A DNA stretch of 64,000 nt from NCBI GenBank assembly GCA_951406725.2, contig OX597817.1, forward strand, positions 105,772,001-105,836,000, read 5' to 3'. The notes under the pieces are model-generated. The model had not been told where the DNA came from. It did not search any database and saw only the letters and a program-made list of their open reading frames with translations. The stretch comes from Octopus vulgaris. Lineage: Eukaryota. Position numbers and translations under genes: made by a program. Positions 27,524 to 42,992 of this stretch are shown one piece after another (within the stretch, counting starts at the first letter, position 1; each line of letters opens with the position of its first letter).

Positions 27524-27719
27524 CTACAACTGGCTCGTAAAATGATAGTGCTTATTCCTCTCTGAGCCATTCGTAATTGGTGGAGGAAAGAGAGGAAGAC
27601 ATTGAGAATTCTGAGACTGGAGACCCGACTTGAAAGCTTCCAACAGAGTAGACCTATTAAAATTCATCTTTGGGCTACGAGTGGTAGTATTAAAGCAGAC
27701 TACAGATGACATTACATAT
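27524..27719 (-). CDS. Orphan terminal-type exon (YVMSSVVCFNTTTRSPKMNFNRSTLLEAFKSGLQSQNSQCLPLFPPPITNGSERNKHYHFTSQL*), possibly the 3' exon of unit D
   Basis: Good acceptor gcttttattctactgcag and 65 open codons. Weak similarity to the unit A 3' exon (MSS..PxxxhN..F..LFxxP). Confidence 0.35.
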
Positions 27720-29069
27720 CTGCAGTAGAATAAAAGCAACTTAAGTCTTTTTCTTTTTCTTAGTTTTTAAATTTTTATTTTTTAATTCTAATTTTTCATC
27801 CTATTTATCTATTTATTTATTTTTGTAAGTTGCATGTGAAAGTAGGAATAGTCATTATTAATAGAGATAAATAATAAGAAACTGTCATTCAACAAAGATT
27901 AAAATTGATTAGGGTCTGATCTGTATTTGTCTGATATAATTTATCGTTCGAACACAGAATGTTTTCTCAAATACATTTTGAAATATTTCTCTTCGATATA
28001 ATACGAAAAACTTTATAACTCAATGGAAGAATTAAGTGTATTTAGTATTCGTCTTCACAATATATTATCTGCGTGGGAATTTAACATATGAAATGATTTA
28101 AGATATACAATTTTGATAGAGGAGTGCAGCAAATGACCTTATAACTTGTACATCAGAGTAGAAACAGCTTAAACACAATGTTGTTTTTAGATCGCTTGTT
28201 GTGAAAATGGGGATACTCACCATTTATAGATATAAGAGGAATGTCGTTCTACAAAGATAAAAAAATTGATCGTCGTCTGGCTATCAGAATGTAATTCTTT
28301 TCTTCCTGTTTTTTCTCCCCCACCTTTTTTTGTTTTTGTTTTGTTCAAATACAGAATTATTTCTCAAATATATTTTAATGTAATGCTGCACCGTTTCGAA
28401 AAGAAAATTCTATGACTCCATGAAGAAATTAGATTTAGCTTTTCTTCGTTGTTTATGAGTTTCTGTTGTGACTCTGGGAGTAAATTTTGCAAATTGGAAA
28501 TGACGTAATAAAAATGTACTGTTAACTAGAATACGTCAACCGTTGGGGAAAAATGCGTATTTTATGAATTAAAGGATGAAATACAGCTCATATGATCTTT
28601 CTGCAGGGCCTTCAAGATCACTTTTTGGGGTGAGGTGAAGAGAGGAAAATATCGAGTAAAATCAGCTCGGAGACCCGATTTCAGTGGTCTCAACTGAGTA
28701 AATCTTCGGGATACTGGTGGTCGTTTTAAAGCGGGCAACAGATATAGTTTGCCATCCGACAGGCTTCCCTACAATTTCCACCGACCCAATTTTATTTACA
28801 AGACTCGGGTTGAACAACGATTATAATAGAAGGTACTTGACCAAGTTGCCGCTTGAAAGTTTGAACACAGATCCCTGCATCTACCAAACGAACTTCTTAC
28901 TACACACAACCATGCCAATGCTCAATAACTGAAATTGAGAAACCGTTATTATTCCGTTAGGCATTTATTTTCACTTTGTTGGATCCAACATACTCTTCTA
29001 GCAGTCTTTTCCAATAACGAAACTTGAGAACACATGCCAACAAAGCAGCATCTAAGTCCGAGGATCGTC

Positions 29070-29636
29070 TGAAAAGTTCATAGGCTGACCAAGATACTCT
29101 CACGGAATATTATCAAATGAGGTTTATTCTTCCGTAGCTCTTGCAGTGCTTGGATTCCATTGGTGCAGAAACTTTCATCCTGTTGGTCAAAAAAATCATT
29201 AACAGCAGATATGGCGTCATCATTACTACGGTATTGCTTCCCAATCAAATGTCTTTTCCTGTCGGAAAAGAGATTATAGTCAGATGGGGCCAAATCAGGA
29301 AAATAAGGAGGCTGTTCAAAGCCTCAGTCAAGTTCAAAGCCACAGTCACGCACAATAGTAATTGTGTTGGAGCATTGTCTTGATGAAACAAGACCCTTTC
29401 CATCAGTTTTCCTGAGCATATGGAACTGATAGCCTTTTGTAACTGCCTCAGTAAGTTGACATAGGATTCCCCACTGATGGTGTGGCACTTTTGAAGATAG
29501 TCAATAAGCACAGAGCCTTTGCATAAAAAAAACTGAGGCCATCACCTTCCCTGTAGAGGAAACGACGTCGGCCTTCTTTGGAGCAGGTGAGGAAGGGTAT
29601 TTCTACTGTATAGATTGTCTCTTTGTCTCTGGCTCA
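29070..29636 (-). mobile_element. Mariner (DD34D) transposase C-terminal relic
   Basis: LIDYLQK..TISGESYVNLLRQL..VLFHQDNAP; PDLAPSDYNLF..DDAISAVNDFFDQQDESFCTNGIQAL. Confidence 0.9.
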
Positions 29637-31432
29637 TCTTAGGATACGAAATGTTCAAGGTAACCTGCATTCGTGGAAACACTCGACATGCGTGGAATAG
29701 CTGAAAACCTGTGTACACTGATTAAGAACAGCATGCCTAGTTGGAAAACGCGTCTTTCCTGTGACAACCAGCACTTAGCCGAAGTAACAATCAAAAGTGG
29801 TATATTCCAAGGAGATTCTTGTTCACCTCCGTTATTTGTTATAGCCTTGATCCCACTTTCTGTAGTCCTACGTAAAATAAACGTGTACTATGAACTGAGA
29901 AAGAACGGACCTCGTCTCAACCACCTTCTCTTCATGGATGATTTAAAATTGCTTGCAAAAACAGAGCAAAACAGTGCCTGAAATGGAGAGGCTGGTTGCA
30001 AATGTGCAGCAAGGATATAGAGATGGAATTCGGTATCTCGAAGTGTGCTTACTTTGAAGCGAGGGAAAAGAGTAAATTGTAGGGCATAGAATTGCCAAAC
30101 GGAGAGAGAATTAAAGACCTGGATGATGATGGGTACAAGTACCTTGGGATCCCGGAGCTGGACAATATCTTGCACTGAGAAATGAAAGACAAGGTCATCA
30201 CTGAATATTTCAAGCGCCTCAAACTTCTCTTGAAATCAAAGCTCAACATAAGGGACCTTGTGACTGCCATCGACATATGGGCTATTGATGTAGTCCGCTA
30301 TAGTGCACCTATCCTGAGATGGACACAAGCAGAGATTGACCAACTCGATCGCACTACCCGGAAGACAATGACAATGCATGATGCCCGCCACCCAAAGACA
30401 AATGTACACAGGCTCTACATGAAGAGAGGTAAGCGTGGATATGGGCTGATTAGCGTACGGGAGTGCATCAACAGTGAAAGAAGAAACATAGCAGAATATG
30501 CGGTAAACAGAAAAGACCTGCTACAGTATGCTGCTAGTATTGAAGGAGTTAACAAAAGTGGACTTGAAAATGCTCATGAATTCCGAACAAGAACAGCCAA
30601 CGAGAGAGCAGTTCCACTGTGAAACCAACAAATTGAAAGACCAGGAAGCATCATGGAGGTGGCTCAACAAGAATGACCTAAAAGAGAATACTGAAAGCCT
30701 AATCATCGCGGACCAGGACCAGGCATTGAATACCAACTCAGTGAAAAAGAATATATACTACACAAGTGCATCGGACCTCTGCAGAATGTGTGGGAGAGGG
30801 TCGAAAGTGTGACTTACAATGTTAGTGCTTGTGAAAGTCTTGCGCAGAAAGAGTTCAAGCGTAGACACGACAACGTAGCCCAAAACTTCCACTGGCTACT
30901 ATGCCGTAAGTATGGATATGAGGTTACGGGTGTTTGGTACCAACATACATCGGAAAAGGTAATGGACGAAAAGGGGAAGACAAAAATCCTCTGGGACTTT
31001 GATTTCCAGACAAAGTGTTAGAGCACCGAAGGCCGGATATAGTTACCTTTAGGAGGGACAAACAAGAGTACCTAATAATCGACGTGGCAGTACCAGATGA
31101 TCAACATATCATGAACGAATGAGAATTATGGATAAATATGGAGACCTAAGAATTGAGATGGTTAAGATACGAGAGACGAGCATAAAGGTTATCCCTATTG
31201 TCATCGGAGCATTGGGTTCAATACCCCCAATCTGATAAAACACTTGAAAACCTTAGAGACACCCTACAATCTAGATGTATTGCAAAAGTCGGCACTACTT
31301 GGAACTGCACGCATATTGTGTAAAGCACTGTCTGCCTGAGGTCCTTGTTGTTACTTGACAAACAGTACAAAGCCCCGGTAGACACAATATCTTCAATCAA
31401 CAACTTCACGATAATGTATACTGTGCGACGTC

Positions 31433-31487
<55 letters not shown>
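29637..31487 (+). mobile_element. 5'-truncated R4/Dong-type LINE (RT, zinc knuckle, REL endonuclease, (TAA)n tail), disrupted
   Basis: GIFQGDSCSP, LNHLLFMDDLKL, YKYLGI, CRMCG..SACESLAQKEFKRRHD, ILWDF..RPDIV; stops and frameshifts; TAA tail from 31435. Confidence 0.95.
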
Positions 31488-32045
31488 TTTCTACTATAGG
31501 TACAAGGCCTGAATTTTGTGAGGAGAGGGACAGTCGATCACATTGACCTCAGTATTTGACTGATAATAAATAATAATAACTATGGCTTCGAATTTTGGCA
31601 CCAGACCAGCAATTTCAGAGGACAGGATAAGTCGATTACATCGGCCCCAGTACTTAACTGGTGCTTAGTAATAATAATAATAGCTGTGAAAACCCACAAA
31701 TTATTGTAGCTATACTTATACTATTTTGGTTCGTCAGTATTATTTCCAAAGTTCTTTAAATTGCGTAGATGGTTGCTTTTGTAATCAATCTTTTGTAATC
31801 AATCTCATCTCCAAATACGGCTTCATACGTTATTGCTTGCTTTTTCTTTTAAAACAGAATTCTCAACTTGTGTTATCTAAACCATTTGAAAGCTGGGAAA
31901 CCGAAGAATTTGAAGAAAGCAACAGAATAAAAACTAAGTATCACTCTCACTTGACTACGTTTCCAACACCTTAGCACCTCTAAATGACCCATAAAGCTAG
32001 CAATCTGTTTAGATAACACGCATACACGCTCGCGCGCCTGCATAC

Positions 32046-32114
<69 letters not shown>

Positions 32115-33766
32115 TACACACACACAAACACACCCATATGCCCCAATGGTTATTTCAAAAACACCTTCTGCATTTTCTAACTTCAATATATTCACGTGTG
32201 AATGTGTGTGTATGTGTGTGTGTGTGCGTGTGAGAGAGAGAAAGAGAGAGAGAGAGAGAGCATGTGTGCTTTCGTTCGTGAGTGTGTGTGTGTGGGTGCC
32301 TGGTTGATGTCATAAGAATTTATAGACTTAGAAAGAACGTGAAATTATTTTTATGTATATATATCTACTACATATGTGGAAATTCGGTGTGTGTTTGTAT
32401 GTGACATCGTTTATTGATTTTGATGAAACTTGACACGTGAGTAGAACTCATGCCCAGAACCACGTGACATACTTAGATTCTTGAAAAAAAATCGATAATA
32501 CGGCCAAGGGAAATAACCCGTAGCACCTGTACAATATTTTTTAAACACTTAAGAGAAATATCCCATTTCATTGTTTATGTACTTTGAATATTGATTTTTT
32601 TGTGTATCCTATTTCTAAGTTTTACATACAATATCACTTTTATACTTTATTTGACACGTGAGTAGAACTCATGTTTAGAAACCTCATGACATACTTAGAT
32701 TGCTGAAAAAAATCGATAATAGGGCCCTTCCAATAGATCCTTCTATCTACTACATGTTACTAATATTTTATTTAAACAAGCCAAGGGAAATAACCCATAC
32801 CACCTGCAGATTTTAGCGAAGCGATCAATATTTGTTCTCACGATCATCCGACCTAATTCTGCATTTCACTACTCACAGTTTTGAACTGATAAACATTATT
32901 ATTGCATTTCCTTAATTTGAATCTTAAACCTTAAAGACTTCATTCATACATTTATATACGTACATACATTTTTGAATGCCCATTATTCCGATAATTCTGC
33001 ATTTTTACAGTTACACTTTTTCCATGACAGAAGATAAATTTTTTATTTCACAATATATTTATAGTGGCTTCATGCAGACATAGCGTGGATCCGATCCTCG
33101 ATTTCCAAATTTCACTTAACACTTCAACAGCGCTTTTCTCACGGTAAAACAATAGTTTTTCTGTGAATGACAGCAGTTATACATTTCACAGATACCTTCG
33201 CTAAGCAGAATAATGTCTTTGCCTCTCGCCAACCTCCGACAACCTCTCTCACCAACCTGTGTGATAAGGAGACTGTTTGACAGGTGTCTTCTTCGAGCTG
33301 ACCAAAGACTTCCGAGTGGATTTGGAAGACGGAAACGGAAAAAAGCCCGTCGTATATATATATATGTATATATCCATGTGTGTGTGTGTGTTTTGTGTCT
33401 GTGTTTGTCCACTCACCAACACTTGACAACCGATGTTGGTGTGTTTACGTCCCATTTTAGTCCAGAACCTTGCAGATGAGATGCTGTACAAATTGTTATG
33501 ATGCAGTGTAGCTGCAGATGCGTCTCCTAAGGTGACTGCTGCATTATAGGTCGAAACGATCGCAGTTTCTCTAAGTAAGAGTCTCGCTGAATTTCGCTTT
33601 ATTTCTATCATACTTTTTATAAAATCTACGGAGTTCGTAGTCTTTCACGAAGTAAATCCAATTGCGTATGCCTCCATACTTTTGTTGACATCAGGTAGCT
33701 GGATATTGCGAAAGGGCTTGAAACAATACACTACAGGCCGTATAGCCCGAATATAAAATCATTATT

Positions 33767-33769
<3 letters not shown>

Positions 33770-33841
<72 letters not shown>

Positions 33842-33932
33842 CTCTATGTCCTTATGTTCAGACTTACAAAAACTATATATGATTATATATATATATATAT
33901 ATAGACATACATACATACATATACATACATAT

Positions 33933-33986
<54 letters not shown>

Positions 33987-34137
33987 ACATACATACATAC
34001 ATTTATATATATATATAAGAATAGTTTCAAGTTCTTTCTAAGTCTATATATACATTAATCAATGACTTCAAAGTTTCGATATATATATAAAAGTGTGTAC
34101 CTACATACATATATGTGCGTGCGCGCTTATATATAAA

Positions 34138-34218
<81 letters not shown>

Positions 34219-34255
34219 TATATATATATATACATACATATATATATAGTATATG

Positions 34256-34313
<58 letters not shown>

Positions 34314-34653
34314 CATACATATATATATAGTATATGCTTATATGTATATATATATATATATATAAATAAATATATATATATATATACATACATATATATA
34401 TAGTATATGCTTATATGTATATATATATATACATACATATATATATAGTATATGCTTATATGTATTTACATATACATACATATGTATGTATGTATGATTG
34501 TATGTGTTTATGCATATATGTATAATTATAATGATGGGACATAATTTTTAACGCAAGTCACAAAAGCCGGAAGAAGCACGTTTAATGAAAGTTTATTACA
34601 CATAACAACTCTCACACGTCCCACTACGATGAGACACCTTGTACATAAACATA

Positions 34654-34688
<35 letters not shown>

Positions 34689-35072
34689 TGCTGATGCAGT
34701 AGTGCTACTACACTCATAAGATGTATTTCTTTCTGCACAGTCTAAGCTTCCAACTATTATGCAAGAAATTGCAGAATTTGCTTTAGAAAACTTATTCTAA
34801 TAGGATTAGCATAGAAGATCAGTTTAGTTTGATAAACGTGGGTTAGAAAGAGTAGCCTGATTTAAATTTATTGTTAAACTGAACATTAATGTTTTGGATT
34901 ATGAGACTGACTCGCTGCCTACTGTGTAACTCAATGTTCAAACATCACTCATTGATTTCTAAATTTTATTATGCATGGAATTTTATTATACCCCATTCAA
35001 ACATTTATCACATGATATACGTGAATATATATATATATATATATATACGTGAATATATATACATGATATACG

Positions 35073-35127
<55 letters not shown>

Positions 35128-35186
35128 GATGTATGTTTGTGTGCATGTGTGTGTATATATATATTTATGTATATGTGTATAAATAA

Positions 35187-35221
<35 letters not shown>

Positions 35222-35470
35222 TATAAATACACACACAAACATATATATATGAGTGTGTGTATGAGAGAGAGATTCTATATATATATTCGAGTAGGTTATT
35301 TTATGTATATATATATATCTATTTATATATATCTACGCGTGTGTATGTATGCGTGTGTGCGTGCGTGCAATTGTGTGTATGTGTGTGTGTGTGTGTGTGT
35401 GTGCATGTGTGTATGTGTGCATGTGTGTGTGTGTGTGCATGTGTGTGTGTGTGTATACATATATATCTGT
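33770..35470. repeat. Compound (CA)/(TA)/(TATG) microsatellite field, representative of many across the window
   Basis: Direct inspection. Similar fields at 16.2-17.4, 25.35-25.69, 39.6-41.2, 56.6-57.0 and 63.3-64.0 kb. Confidence 0.95.
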
Positions 35471-35799
35471 ATAGTTATATATTCAAGAAAGCTTCGTGTT
35501 AGAGGCGTAATGAGTTCCTGAAGATTTCGACGAAATGTGAAATCCCGTAAAGCGAAATCAAATTTCTTATTAATTTTCATGTTATAAATTGAGATGCGTT
35601 CTGTCGGATGTTTTCTATAACTAAAAAGGAAAAGCAAATGAACAAGATAAAAAAAAAAAAAAACGAGGAAGAAAACTAATTTTATGCATGAAAATAACAA
35701 TTTCTAAACGTACGCAGAAGAGAAATACGTTAGGAAATGAGAATCGTAATAGGATATGTTCTTAGCAGAGAGAATTTTGACTGCTGTGTGACGGTTACT

Positions 35800-37025
35800 G
35801 GGCGGATGAGGTACACGATCTTCTATCTTATGGTTGCTCATCATCAACATCTGCCTGAGTTATTTGATGTTTGAGGAGCATCATCTCTTTGTACAACTCA
35901 TTCTAGGGTTTGTAAACTTGGGTGGAGTGTAACCTCCTCTTGAAATTTTTGTGATACTTCCATGATTAGTGTTATTATCAGTAAAACTTACAGATCCTTC
36001 TATTTAAATGCCAATTCTTTAGCAATATTCTTTGCTCTCCATTCAAACGGAACTCGTGGAATTTCCGTATTCTCATCTGCATTCTCAGGTTGCTCTTGAT
36101 CTAACAGCATCAGCTCCTCGTTTGGTAACTTTTTCTATGGGACTGAAGCAACTCAATCACATTATCCTCTATGACTTCTTCACCTGCAAGTATCACAATA
36201 TTTTTTGTAAATTTGATCTAGACTTTCTGTTTGTAAAAAAATTTGAAAAGTCACGGATACAATTTGGCCAAGCACTATTCAGAGTTTTAAGCTTCACTTC
36301 ATCCCATCATTCAGCAATGTTATCCATATCATCCACTGTTTTGAATTAATTGCAGGATTTTCCTCCTGTCAATTGCGGTCATAAGTTGCTTGAATGTTCT
36401 CCTCAGATGATATGCTTTGAAGTTTCTAATCTCACCTTGATCCATTGGTTGGAGCAAAAAGTTTCATTCTTGAATATATATTTTACTCTGACTTTATCAG
36501 GAAGCTTATTTAAATTCACTGAGTGAATCTAGCACATTGTCTAAAAGGGGCAATGCTTTTTCGGAAATATTATACTTGGCACTGTACCTTTCAACTGCAG
36601 AACGAAAAAAATGTTTGCAAACAACTCTTTCAAAAGACTCTTAGTCACCCATGCCTTCTTATTTGAATGCAAAATCAAAGGTAGATGAATCTTTCGGATT
36701 AGATTTTGAGTAACCATTTCGGAGAGAAACATGAGTAGGAGATTTAATTTCATATCACTGGTGACATATCCTCCCAGAAGAAGAGTCAGACGATTTTTGG
36801 TGTTGATTTTTCTTCTCGAGAAATAAAAGTTCTAACAGTCATGCACTTCCTGAAAAGTGCAGTTTCATCAACATTGTACACTAGCTTTGGTGGATAATCC
36901 CCTTTCTACAACTGCTCAGGATAATTAGTAATTCTGTATCAGCACCGGAAGCTTCACCAAACATTTTCTTATAGTGCGGATTCAAGTGAAACCTTTCGAA
37001 CCAGCCTTTATTAGCGAGAAAACGT
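35800..37025 (-). mobile_element. Tigger/pogo-type (CENP-B/DDE_1) transposase relic
   Basis: FLANKGWFERF..GEASGAD..VYNVDETALF..HSNKKAWVT. Confidence 0.8.
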
Positions 37026-37120
37026 TTTTCAAAAACCGACGGCATATTTAGAATCAGCGACCAAAATTTATCCCAAAACAGGACTAATCTGACATCAAAT
37101 TCTGTATTTCCTAGCGTAAC

Positions 37121-37285
37121 CGATATGTTGTTGATCCATCATGTTTATTACTATAGTCTCATCAGTTGTTTTACAATCATGTTAATGACATTATTGTCCT
37201 GAGTAAGACACGCGTTTTGACATCGGACCTTACACCCAGTCGGTAAAATAAAGGTTTCCGGTTTAAAACCGTCTTCGATAGAACC
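37121..37285 (-). pseudogene. Paralogous unit D: MSK pseudo-exon (MSKRVSYSGQ*..)
   Basis: ATG at 37223; GGA CAA TAA where unit C has GGA CAA TAT; phase-1 GT at 37120. The pre-ATG motif ACCTTTATT..ACTGGG..GTA..ATGTC is shared with unit A. Confidence 0.4.
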
Positions 37286-39790
37286 CTAATGTTTCGATAG
37301 AAACATTGTATCCTAAACAACAATAGCAGGTTGTTTTTTTTTTTTTTTTTTTTGGTTACTGTTTTTATTTTTCGGTTCCATTAACATTTTGTCATTCCAT
37401 CAGTTTCAATATGCTCATCTTTAATATCTCTGCAATTGAGTAGAGATAAATATTAGTGGAACATTCCCAAAAGTTCTATCACAGAGCAAATGCAACAGAC
37501 TTGATATTTTTGTGGATGTAAATATTTCATTGAAAATTAGTGAGAGAGAGAAAATTTATTAGCTTTTTCTATTTGATAGACCTGGAAGAAGAGGTAGACC
37601 AGTAAGAATGATGACTTTAACGTTCTGTTTAAGCTGTTGCGAGTTGACGACTACTTGAAAGACGTGTACAGGGTGGGAGTTACTGACGGTCGATGTTCAG
37701 GGCAAGAAGAACTGGTTGTAGTAGTTAGTGTTGAGCTCTGGAAGTGGACGAAACATGGATGAAAAGGAAATGAAGGACGACTAAATTGAAAGTATCTGAC
37801 TGGAAGGGGAACGAGAACAACCAATTTCGAAAGCAGTGACTTATAGCATATGTTGAGAAGCTAGAAAGGAGAGACAGCAGTTTCGGATATCTGAGTGTGC
37901 AGCAACATCGTCAAAGACGTAAGAGACTATTCCATTGTGAATCTTATCTGAACTTTGTAGCTAAGTTATAAATAGATCTTCAAACTTATAACAGAATACT
38001 TTTCCAAAAAATCTAGCCGCAAATCTTTATTTCGCGCTCATATATGAATTTTAATGGCTGAACTTTATTTCTAAGTATAAAATAAAAACATCATTCTTCT
38101 TTATATGAAGAATTTGTAGCGGAACTGTTTGTCATATATTACCTGTGTAGGCTTAAATAGCCAGAAAATGGCTCATACGCAAGTTTTCTACCACTGGTCA
38201 CGTGACCCAGTCATGAGATCGTGTAACACATTGATCAACTCCGTTGTTATGATTGGATATGTTAGTTGTCCAATCGAATCACTTGACAGGCCAACGAAGC
38301 GTAGCAAAATAATGTTTACTCTCTGGAGCCTCTAATCGTCAATGAATAGAATGATTTTTCCTATTGTCACCAATGAGAAGAGAAGACATGAGGAGAGAGG
38401 AGTGTTATTTGCAGGTAGCTTTGGCACGCTATATGTGTTCCTGTTTACCATGCACATGTAAGCAGAGACAATATGAGAGGCTGCAAGAAGCGATATCATG
38501 TATTCTTGTCCCTGTCTGCCCAGTACACATCACCAAGTTCCGAATGATATGAGAAGCAAATATATATATTTCATTCTGACAGTATCATCATGATGTAACC
38601 AACAATTGCCATACAAATTCTTTTAGCGATTGAATTGCATCTCATTTTCTTGTATTTCTTTCCACTGTTTTATATACAACTCATTGGAGCCAAGAACTTG
38701 TAACTATACTAGGGCCAGAGACACGCTAAAAATTCAAAGAAAAGACTATTGACTCAAGCTTCAGGTTGAGTAAGGTTACTACAGGTTTCGCTACAGATTA
38801 GGTAAATCGACAAGTGAACAGAACAGATTGTATCGTTGTAAGACTACATTTGACAATTTATATCAAAATTATCAAATATTTAATATTTAGAAAGACTAAA
38901 CATATCTTCCTTACAAATATATTATAAGCATGTGTATGTGCGCGCACATGCGCTAATATATATATATATGCACACAGGTATATAAATATATATCGTACAT
39001 ATGCCCACAGATATTAACACATGCACACATGTACATACACAGCATATACATTATATATTATATACACGCGCATACACTCATACATATACATAACCCAAGA
39101 CGTCCCCACATTAAAACTATCGATATTTGTTAATAAATATATAAAAAATTATTATAAATAGGCAAGATGGGGACAGTTTCTCATTGCCTTTTATATTGAA
39201 TGAATGTTTATGCTGAGCATAACGCTATTAAACACACGCATCATGGGATCAACTCAATAATACATTAAATATTCAGAAAATAGAAAGATAATTCACTCTA
39301 CTCTTCTCTGTTAAACGTTATTACAGCATGATAAATGTGTGTGTGTGTGTGTCTGTGTGTGTGTATGTGTGTGTATGTATTGGCCTCCAATGACTCTAAT
39401 TTTTATTGCATTTTATTACTCATACTAATATTGGATATATGAACGTGTATTTGTGTGAAAAGGTATATGAATATGAGTATGATTATGAGCTTATGTGTGA
39501 ATGAACGTGTATGTGTGCATTTGTAAATGCATATATATGTAGGTACGTATCGTATAACGCTTCATATATTATCTACATTGGTTTATTTATAGATGTTAGT
39601 CGGTACAACATACTCTACTTACATTTGTTTCTATAAATTTATGAATGTATGCGCCCATATATATATATGTATATATATATAACCAAAAGGCAATACATAG
39701 GCACACATATTCATATCCATATACATGTTTCTCTCTTATTTCTCATAATATAGCTACTTCACATGCGCACAAGTGCGTACGTACACATAC

Positions 39791-39821
<31 letters not shown>

Positions 39822-40055
39822 TGTACGCATGTTTGTATGTATGTACGTATGCATCCATGCATATGCATATGTACTTACCTATATATGTAAATACACACAT
39901 ACACCCTCACTCAAACACACACAAACACACACACTCACACATACGCACACACACAGACACATATATATCGCGTGCACTCGTGCGGGTTTTGATGTCTGAT
40001 GTTACGATGGTATATGGCAAGGGTTTGTGTATGTAGATGCCTGTGTGAATGTGAA

Positions 40056-40118
<63 letters not shown>

Positions 40119-40421
40119 CATAGATTAACATAGAGAGAATGCTGGCAGATAAATATAAAATTAATATCTGAAGTCATATTTTACACATCGCAGCGTTTTA
40201 TTCTGGTGACCTTTCAAATAGTTTCAGATGTAAACTAAGTCTTTAAACTATATAAACAAAGATGGTTTTTAATAACCGAAACTCCGTTATTATTATGTCT
40301 TCTAGCTGATGATGTCAAGAACGTGTTTATCCTGTCGCCTGTATAATATTCAGTTTTACACCTTAACGCACACGACGAGTGGTTTCTTGTTAGGGAATGA
40401 GTATGTGTATATGTGTGTATG

Positions 40422-40453
<32 letters not shown>

Positions 40454-40463
40454 TGTATGTATG

Positions 40464-40494
<31 letters not shown>

Positions 40495-41081
40495 TTCATG
40501 CATGTATGTACGTTTGCATGTATGTATTGTTTGTATACATACACAAACCCACTTCGCTACTTTATTATACATGTGTGTGTGTATTTACATACACACTCAT
40601 ACACATACACACATATACATATGTTTGTGTATATATGTATATTTATATATATATATAGAGAGAGAGAGATACATACGTACGTACATACATGCATATCCAT
40701 GTCTACAAACATACATAGATGCATAAACATACACACACTCATACGCGCGCGCTGGTTCCCTATCTTGAAGTAACAATGACATTTCTCAAAGTATTTATTT
40801 GAAATTTTGCAGCATGATGTAAATGCAACCCAGAACATTGTGCATAAACAAACTAAATCTTTAGTCCGTGTTCGTCTTGGGAGTAAAGCAAAATAAATAA
40901 GGAAAGGAGATGCAGAGATATTGTAAGTTGTAATGTGGTGATAATTTTGTAGAAGTGTTAGTGTTAGGTACAGAAACATCGGTTTTCCCCATCAGCTCAC
41001 CTTTCCATTCTCCTTCAATCGTTAAACTCTCACTTGCATTTCTCACTAATCTATCATTACATCGCCAACACGCACGCAAAT

Positions 41082-41152
<71 letters not shown>

Positions 41153-41232
41153 TACACACACGCTCACAAATGCACATAAGGGGAAAAGCAGAAAACATTT
41201 TTGATATTTTTACCGTTATATATATAGAGACT

Positions 41233-42597
41233 CAGAACCACGCTAATAGCTTAGGAGTGAAATTTAGTATTTCTCGGTTTTCTGTGAATCGATTGTGATA
41301 AAGATTTTCCCAGCTGGTTTGCACACTATAGCAATACCATTGTTATGTTTTCATTACTCTGTGTAACGTCCTTTTTTTTCAGATTCTTCAGTTTTTGGGT
41401 GAACCACGCTAATAGCGTCTCTCCTCTCTTAGAAAAATGGGACGTAGAAAAGGCCTTAACGATGAAGAAGAGTCTGTCATCATCAAGGAAAGTGCTAAAA
41501 GCACCTCTTTTCATGTCATTGTGGAGACGTTAGGTCGTCATGTGGACACGGTAAGACGATTCCTGAAGGACCTTTCACCAAGGAAGAAACGATCCAATTG
41601 TGGGCCCGCCAAGATTGTGACAGCTAAGGATTTAAGGAATATTTGCAGGAAGTTACTTGGGAAACCAGGATAAACAAGCAAAGCCATTTTCACCGTCTCC
41701 GACTTCCTCGTGTACCGGAAACCACCAGAAATTTCATATTCTTGGGACCATGGCGTCCGTGCGAGAACCATTGAAACTGCCTCCTTTAATGCCCCGTCAC
41801 AGGAGTTTGCGGCTTCAATGGCCCCAAAAGTGCATGACGTTAGACATGAGTTGTATTCTGTTCATTCACGAAACCAGGGCAACCCTTGACGAACTTGACG
41901 TTTGGGCAAATGGTTGGGTCTGTTTTGAGGATGAGCGTCACCAACGTTTACGACGTCAACAACAGAATGGCGGAGTCATCTTGTGGGCTGGTATCATTAG
42001 GAACAGACTTGTTGACCCAGTTAGGGTGCATGAAGGAGTTAAAGTGACCGCAGCCGCCAACTTCAATCTCCTGAAAGAGGTCTTGGATTTCTGACTAAAT
42101 GACATACTGCTGTCACTTCTAAGGAATCCCGTATTCATGCATGACAACGCACCCTCCCACTCTTCTAGGACCACCCAAACATTACTAGGGTCTTACGGCA
42201 TACAAGGTGAAAGTTTGATGGTATGGCCGCCGGCATCTCCGGATCTCAACCCCATCGAAAATCGTTGATCTATCATTAAACAAGATGTTTATGCCGATAG
42301 ACGCCAATTTACGTCGAAAAATGTCTTATGGGCGACCATCAAAGCTGCAGCAGAGACAGTTCAATCTGCAATTAAGAAATTGACAGATTCCATGGCTAAT
42401 AGGGTTTTTAAAGTTATCCGTCGAAATGGCGCTCATGTGGCTAAATAATTCATTATGTCAATAAATTTTATAATATTATGGCTTTCTGTTAAATATATAT
42501 TCAATGTGTACTTAATATGCATCATTACTATTCATTTTCTGGGGAAAAAAATGACCAGATTGGGTATTTTCATTCAAAAGCTATTAGCGTGGTTCTG
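41233..42597 (+). mobile_element. Near full-length Tc1 element with TIRs, inactivated
   Basis: TIR cagaaccacgctaatagctt at both ends and an inner direct repeat at 41401. Transposase MGRRKGL..RQQQNGGVILWAGI..FMHDNAPSH..WPPASPDLNPIEN carries stops. Confidence 0.92.
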
Positions 42598-42635
42598 TCT
42601 GTCTGTCTGTCTTTCTGTCTCTGTCTCTCTCTGTC

Positions 42636-42724
<89 letters not shown>

Positions 42725-42736
42725 GTATATACATAC

Positions 42737-42787
<51 letters not shown>

Positions 42788-42931
42788 AGGCCAAGCAGAA
42801 AGTGTGCGATGAACGTACAATGTCTCACAAATTTACATTTGATTTATTCGCTCATACTTTACAGTGATTTTAGGTAAACTATACCAGTCATCTTTTAGTA
42901 TGACTAACGTAACTATGTTAGGGCAGGGACT

Positions 42932-42992
<61 letters not shown>

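Noticed and set aside
27524-27719. SEA-domain / mucin assignment
   Set aside because: Only a vague strand-helix pattern, with no GSVVV motif and no supporting exons.
38415-38552. Two small plus-strand exon candidates
   Set aside because: Short, no partner exons or recognisable product; such signals arise by chance.
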